The notes below the pieces were generated by a model. That model did no database searches. It was given only the letters and a program-made list of their open reading frames with translations, and was not told the origin of the DNA. Made by a program: the position numbers and the translations under genes. Source: Alphaproteobacteria bacterium (GTDB taxonomy: Bacteria; Pseudomonadota; Alphaproteobacteria; UBA7887). From it: DNA of 64,000 nt. The stretch is from positions 4,288,001 through 4,352,000 of the forward strand of contig CBDCGL010000011.1 in NCBI GenBank assembly GCA_965216755.1, given 5' to 3'. Shown piece by piece: positions 58,924 to 64,000 of the stretch (positions are counted from its first letter, which is position 1; every line of letters starts with the position of its first letter).

Positions 58924-60462
58924 ATGTTTACGCGACGGGTTCATCCCGTTGGGGGCGCCAAGACCCCCGCGGGATCGGATATGGTCAGCCGGCTGGCTGA
59001 CCGCATGCGTCATCAAGAAGAGAACCGTGGGGCGGATTCAGCCGCCCAACAGCGGTCAACCGATACCCGTCACATGCCGCTCGACGGCGGCGCGACGCCG
59101 ACACGTCTCCCCGCGGCGCCGGATCGCTCGACCAGCGCGCCGGCCCCGGAGCGTGCCGAGGACAATGTTGCGCGATTTCGTGCCCCCGGCACGCGCATGT
59201 CCACTGTCTTGCGGGATCTGAGAGATCGAGTCATTCCGGTTCTCTTAGAGCGGGTCCAGGCCGACAAAGTGGTTGGTCTTGACCGCCGCCAGATCGGTGA
59301 GCGCATCGATCCGGTCGTCGCGGAAATCGTCGCCGAAATCGGCGCATTGCTAAATGCCACAGAACACCAACAGCTGGTTCGCACGCTGGTCGATGAATTG
59401 GTCGGTTTGGGACCGTTGGAGCCGCTGCTCGCGGACCCAGATATCACCGACATCATGGTTAATGGGCCCGGCAAGGTTTACATCGAGCGTGACGGCAAAA
59501 TCAGTCTGACCGATGTCACATTGCGTAACGACGCGCACGTTATGCATATTGCAACGCGTATTGCGACGGCGATTGGGCGGCGTGTCGATGCCACCCAACC
59601 CATGGTTGACGCCCGACTTGCCGACGGCAGCCGTGTCAACATCATCGTACCACCCCTTGCCATCGATGGTCCGTGCCTGTCGATCCGTCGCTTTGGGCGC
59701 ACGGTCATCACGCTCGATGACATGGCCGCGCGAGGTAATATGAGCCAGCAAATGGCCACCTTCTTGAAAGTGGCTGCGCGGTCGCGACTAAACGTTCTGA
59801 TCTCCGGCGGTACGGGGTCGGGCAAGACCACTTTGCTCAACGCACTATCGCAATTGATCGATGAACGCGAACGGATCGTCACGATCGAAGATGCCGCTGA
59901 GCTTCAACTTCAGCAAAGTCATACTGTAAGGCTGGAGACGCGACCCGCCAATATCGAGGGCGGCGGCGAATTGACCATGCAAGATCTGCTGCGCAATGCC
60001 CTGCGCATGCGCCCCGACCGGATCATCTTGGGCGAGGTGCGCGGCGCCGAGGCTGTCGATCTGCTGCAGGCCATGAACACCGGTCATGACGGCTCCTTGT
60101 CGACCATCCACGCCAACCGGCCGCGCGAGGCCATCACGCGGCTGGAAAACATGGTGGCGATGAGCGGTATCACATTGCCGTCACATGCGGTCCGCGGACA
60201 GATTTCCGAGGCGGTCGACTTGATCGTTCAGGTCCAACGCATGCGCGATGGGGTGCGGCGTGTCACCAACATCATGGAAGTTGTCGGCATGGAGGGGCCG
60301 GTGGTCACCGGCCACGAAATCTTCACCTACGAATTTGATCGCGAGGACGACCAACGCCGATTTGTCGGACGGTTCGTCTATTCCGGGGTGCGACCGCAAT
60401 TTGTCGAGAAGGCGCGCTATTTCGGCATTGAGAACCTCTTGCTGAAAGCGCTGAGCAACTGA
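58924..60462 (+). CDS. cpaF: CpaF/TadA-family pilus assembly ATPase, copy 1
   Basis: [20 protein letters not shown], Walker [39 protein letters not shown]. Confidence 0.95.
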   Translation: MFTRRVHPVGGAKTPAGSDMVSRLADRMRHQEENRGADSAAQQRSTDTRHMPLDGGATPTRLPAAPDRSTSAPAPERAEDNVARFRAPGTRMSTVLRDLRDRVIPVLLERVQADKVVGLDRRQIGERIDPVVAEIVAEIGALLNATEHQQLVRTLVDELVGLGPLEPLLADPDITDIMVNGPGKVYIERDGKISLTDVTLRNDAHVMHIATRIATAIGRRVDATQPMVDARLADGSRVNIIVPPLAIDGPCLSIRRFGRTVITLDDMAARGNMSQQMATFLKVAARSRLNVLISGGTGSGKTTLLNALSQLIDERERIVTIEDAAELQLQQSHTVRLETRPANIEGGGELTMQDLLRNALRMRPDRIILGEVRGAEAVDLLQAMNTGHDGSLSTIHANRPREAITRLENMVAMSGITLPSHAVRGQISEAVDLIVQVQRMRDGVRRVTNIMEVVGMEGPVVTGHEIFTYEFDREDDQRRFVGRFVYSGVRPQFVEKARYFGIENLLLKALSN

Positions 60463-60610
60463 CTTTGGGGCGTGTGCGGCCGTCTTTGGCGAGAACCGGT
60501 CGCATGCGAATTGGGGGACTCCGTTGAGGCGGTGGACGATCGAACGTTCCGTCGGGTTTGATCTTCCACCGCCCACGGATCTCTAGTTCTATTTTCTATC
60601 CCGATATTCC

Positions 60611-60692
60611 GGTGACAGTTTACTAAATATACGATATGCGGTGTGATTGGTATTTCGAGCACCATATTTCGTATATTTAGTAAACTGTCACC
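60611..60692. repeat. AT-rich long inverted repeat (REP/REPIN- or MITE-like), copy 2
   Basis: perfect 24-bp arms GGTGACAGTTTACTAAATATACGA / TCGTATATTTAGTAAACTGTCACC, 34-bp spacer; same core as 24745-24858. Confidence 0.9.
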
Positions 60693-60725
60693 TTAATACG
60701 GAAGGTGTTATCGGCGGGTGCTGTG

Positions 60726-60766
60726 AAAGAAAAGCCCCGTTCCCTGATTGCTAGGGGGAACGGGGC
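60726..60766 (-). terminator. intrinsic terminator of cpaF copy 2
   Basis: GCCCCGTTCCC...GGGAACGGGGC stem followed by TTTTCTTT on minus strand. Confidence 0.75.
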
Positions 60767-60897
60767 GAGGTCCCGACGAACGGTATGGGAAGGGACGTGG
60801 TGCTGAGGGGTTGCCGAACGTCGGGGATAAGGGTTGTTTTTGGTTATCGGCTGCGCGGTAATCCTTGCGATTGTGTGCTGCGGTTTGGGTGTGGCGG

Positions 60898-62733
60898 CTA
60901 GACGCCCATGGCGTCCTGCAGGGCCCGATCGAGGCCGAAATAGCGGGCCTTTTCGAGGAACTTGGGTTGCAGGCCGGAGGCGACGAAGTTGCCGGTGATA
61001 CGGCCCGATTCATCGTCACCGTCATATTCGAACTTGAACAGCTCCTGGGCGGTGATGATGTCGCCTTCCATGCCGACGATCTCCAGGATCGAGGTTACGC
61101 GGCGGACACCGTCGCGCATGCGCTGGACCTGCACGATCAAGTCGATGGCCTCGGTGATCTGGGTGCGCACGGCGCGCGAGGGCAGATTGAGGCCGGCCAT
61201 GGCGACCATGTTCTCGAGCCGGGTCAAGGCCTCGCGCGGGCGGTTGGCGTGGATGGTCGACAAGGAGCCGTCATGGCCTGTGTTCATGGCCTGCAGCATG
61301 TCGATCGCCTCGCCGCCACGGGTCTCACCCAGGATGATCCGGTCGGGGCGCATACGCAGGGCATTTTTGACCAAGTCCTGCATGGTGATCTCGCCCTGGC
61401 CTTCGAGATTGGCGGGCCGGGTCTCCAAGCGCACGGTATGGTCCTGCTGGAGTTTCAATTCGGCGGCGTCCTCGATGGTGACGATGCGCTCGTCATTGTC
61501 GATCAGCTGCGACATGGCGTTGAGCAGGGTGGTTTTACCGGAGCCGGTACCGCCTGAGATCAGGATGTTGAGGCGCGAGCGGGCGGCGATTTTCAAGACC
61601 ACGGCCATGGCCGGGGAGATATTGCCCTGCGACGCCATCTGATCGAGGGTGATGGTGTGCTGGGAGAACTTACGGATCGAGATCGATGGGCCGTCGATGG
61701 CGAGCGGCGGAATGATGATATTGACGCGGCTGCCGTCGACGAGGCGGGCATCGACCAAAGGCTGTGAGCGGTCGATGCGGCGGCCGATGGCGGTGGCGAT
61801 GCGGGTGGCGATCTGCATCAGCTGTTCGTCATCGCGGAAGCTGACATTGGTGCGCTCGAGCTTGCCGCCACGTTCGACGTAAACCCGGTTGCAGCCATTG
61901 ACCATGATGTCGGTGATGGCCTCGTCGGCGAGCAAGGGCTCGAGCGGGCCCAAGCCGATCATTTCGTCGACCAGCACGTCGACCAGTTGGTCGAGCTCGG
62001 AGCCGTTGAGGACGACGCCCATTTCATCGACGATCTCGGCGACCAGATCTGTGATCTGGCGGATCAGGTCGTCGCGTACCAGTGTCAGGGCTTTCTCGGC
62101 GTCGATGCGCTCCATGAGGGTGAGCTGGACGCGCTCTTGGAGGTCTTGGACGACGGGTGAGATGCGCTTGGCGCGGGGTTTGGCGGCGGTTACGGGGGCG
62201 GCATTGGCGACGGCGGGCAGATTGGTGCTGGTGTCGGCGCCTGTGGCCTCGGCATTGGGGGCCAAGGTGGCGAGCTGGTCGGCGGCGCGGCGGCGCGGAT
62301 GGGGCTTGTGGGCCGTGTCGGCGGCGGGTGCCGGTGCGGCGGCCTGAGGTGCGGGACCTGTGACCGAGCTGTCGGCGACGGCCATGACCTGGGCCATGAG
62401 ATCGCGCTCCTGGGCGAGCATGGCGGCGCGAACTTCAAGATCCTCGGCCTCGGCGAGGGAGACGGTGGCGGGCGCGGGCGCGGCGTCTACGGCCGGGGTG
62501 TGATCGGCGACCGGCGCTTCTGGGGCCGGCATGGAGACCGGGTTGGCGCCAGAGATGTTGGCGTGGGGCGCGGTCTCGACATTGTGTGTGTCGTGAGACT
62601 GGGCTTTGGCGGCCAATTCGGCGCGGGCGACCTGAACGGCATGGGCGCGTTCGGCGAGGCGATTGAGGCGATCATTGACGGCGGCGTCACGGCCCGGATT
62701 GTCATCGAAATTCTTTTTGCGCAGAGCGAACAT
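60898..62733 (-). CDS. cpaF: CpaF/TadA-family pilus assembly ATPase, copy 2, long Ala/Pro-rich N-terminus
   Basis: same motifs as copy 1 ([30 protein letters not shown]); ATG 62733 after GGAAGGGA. Confidence 0.95.
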   Translation of the reverse strand: MFALRKKNFDDNPGRDAAVNDRLNRLAERAHAVQVARAELAAKAQSHDTHNVETAPHANISGANPVSMPAPEAPVADHTPAVDAAPAPATVSLAEAEDLEVRAAMLAQERDLMAQVMAVADSSVTGPAPQAAAPAPAADTAHKPHPRRRAADQLATLAPNAEATGADTSTNLPAVANAAPVTAAKPRAKRISPVVQDLQERVQLTLMERIDAEKALTLVRDDLIRQITDLVAEIVDEMGVVLNGSELDQLVDVLVDEMIGLGPLEPLLADEAITDIMVNGCNRVYVERGGKLERTNVSFRDDEQLMQIATRIATAIGRRIDRSQPLVDARLVDGSRVNIIIPPLAIDGPSISIRKFSQHTITLDQMASQGNISPAMAVVLKIAARSRLNILISGGTGSGKTTLLNAMSQLIDNDERIVTIEDAAELKLQQDHTVRLETRPANLEGQGEITMQDLVKNALRMRPDRIILGETRGGEAIDMLQAMNTGHDGSLSTIHANRPREALTRLENMVAMAGLNLPSRAVRTQITEAIDLIVQVQRMRDGVRRVTSILEIVGMEGDIITAQELFKFEYDGDDESGRITGNFVASGLQPKFLEKARYFGLDRALQDAMGV

Positions 62734-63166
62734 TTTGCGAAGTCCCTTCCGAAAAACCCAACAGCAATCGAGAAGTAATTTGGCGGAAGGTGCGTAATTA
62801 TTCAATAAAGTTTTATGTAATGGTGGTCACACAATTGAGGGAAAGTGGAGTGTTATTTTATTAAAGTTGTATATAAATATGTAATAGTGATCACATATTG
62901 CGATCCCAACTTATTGACTACATTGATTGGCGGTATTTTTATTTACCAACCACACCCACTCCCTTCCCCCAATACACGCTCACCCAGCCAGACCACACTC
63001 TCTCGACGCAGGCGCGCCAACCGACCCGAATGGCCCGGCACGCGACGCTCAAAGAACTGTGGCCGGGCGTTGGCCCGGCCACGGATAGGTGACGGTATCT
63101 AGGGAAGGGGACTATTGGGCGCGAGTTGCGCGCGCCCAGTCCGGGGACGTTCGGCCGATTGGGGTG

Positions 63167-64000
63167 CTAAGCCGCCATGTTGCTGGACCCGAGCAAGTCC
63201 TCGTCGCCGCCCATCTTCTCGGCCAGCCGTTTCTTTGCGGCATCCTTGGTGTACAGGTTGGATAGCGCGTCATCGATCAACTCGTTCGTGAAATGGGGTT
63301 CGACGCCGTTGAACTTGCAGGCCGAAACCACCTGATCGATGATGAATTTGGGTTGATAGCAGGCCAGGTCGAAATTGCGATCGTTCAGCGCCGCAATGAC
63401 GTGGTTGAAGACATCCTGGGTCAATTGCAAGCCCCGATCGGCGGCGACTTTGTCGAAAATCCTGTAATAAGCGTCGTTCGACGGGCCGGTGGTCTCCAAT
63501 TTGTAGGGAATACGCCGCAGGAAGGCCGGGTCCATCAGATCGTCCGGCGACATGTTGGTCGAAAAGATGATCAGTTCGTCAAAAGGCGTCGAAAAGCTCT
63601 TGCCGGTATGCAGCTTCAGATAGTCGATGCGGTTCTGCAACGGTACGATCCAGCGATTGAGTAGATCTTCCGGGTTGACCAGCTGGCGCCCGAAATCGTC
63701 GATGATGAAGGTGCCGTTGAGCGCCTTCATATGCAAAGGCGCCTCGTAGAACATGGCTTGTTCGTTGAACTTCAGGTCGAGCATTTCGAGCGTCAATTCG
63801 CCGCCGGTAATGATGATCGGCCGCCTAATCGCCACATACCGCTGATCAAACATGGATTTGCGGACGGTCTTCGATGAGGACAGGACCGCTTCGCCTTCTG
63901 CGCGCGAGGCAGGGATATGCACTGCCGGGTCAAAGATCTTGATGATCTGTCCGTCGACATCGATGCAATAGGGCACATAGATGACGTCTTTGAAGATGTT
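63167..64000 (-). CDS. AAA-type ATPase of the family often found beside Flp/Tad loci; 5' truncated by window
   Basis: GGELTLEMLDL, FIIDDFGRQ (Walker B), LLNRWIVPL, FSTN, AFLRRIPYK. Confidence 0.85.
   Translation of the reverse strand, partial: NIFKDVIYVPYCIDVDGQIIKIFDPAVHIPASRAEGEAVLSSSKTVRKSMFDQRYVAIRRPIIITGGELTLEMLDLKFNEQAMFYEAPLHMKALNGTFIIDDFGRQLVNPEDLLNRWIVPLQNRIDYLKLHTGKSFSTPFDELIIFSTNMSPDDLMDPAFLRRIPYKLETTGPSNDAYYRIFDKVAADRGLQLTQDVFNHVIAALNDRNFDLACYQPKFIIDQVVSACKFNGVEPHFTNELIDDALSNLYTKDAAKKRLAEKMGGDEDLLGSSNMAA

Overview
GC-rich bacterial chromosomal segment, most consistent with an alphaproteobacterium (Rrf2-sufBCDSU-sufT-sufA, phbB, CpaF paralogues, a CtrA-like box). In order: (1) 1-10.5 kb, the 3' end of an NRPS assembly line (partial A-PCP; Cy-A-PCP-Ox azole-forming module; C-A(Gly)-PCP with no thioesterase), two stand-alone alpha/beta-hydrolases and a PPTase. 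(2) 10.5-17.9 kb, a WcaJ-type priming glycosyltransferase with a clear sigma54 promoter, VanZ, a Sel1/dead-trypsin lipoprotein, a degenerate acyl-CoA ligase and an ATP-grasp ligase. (3) 18-24.7 kb, the SUF operon. (4) 25-38 kb, a histone H1-like protein, metabolic genes, arfB and a degenerate globin-GGDEF protein. (5) 38.4-52.4 kb, a biofilm block: LapA-like RTX/vWA adhesin, VpsR-like sigma54 activator and a rearranged Fap-like functional-amyloid secretion locus driven by a second sigma54 promoter. (6) 53-64 kb, a TPR-SPOR protein, a coiled-coil membrane protein, two convergent CpaF/TadA ATPases and a partial AAA ATPase. Several palindromic/MITE-like intergenic elements are present. No rRNA, tRNA or CRISPR array was recognised. 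Best candidates for undescribed systems: the Fap-like amyloid locus and the TE-less azole NRPS embedded in an exopolysaccharide-type context, possibly co-regulated via sigma54. All assignments come from motif recognition by eye; no database searches were run.
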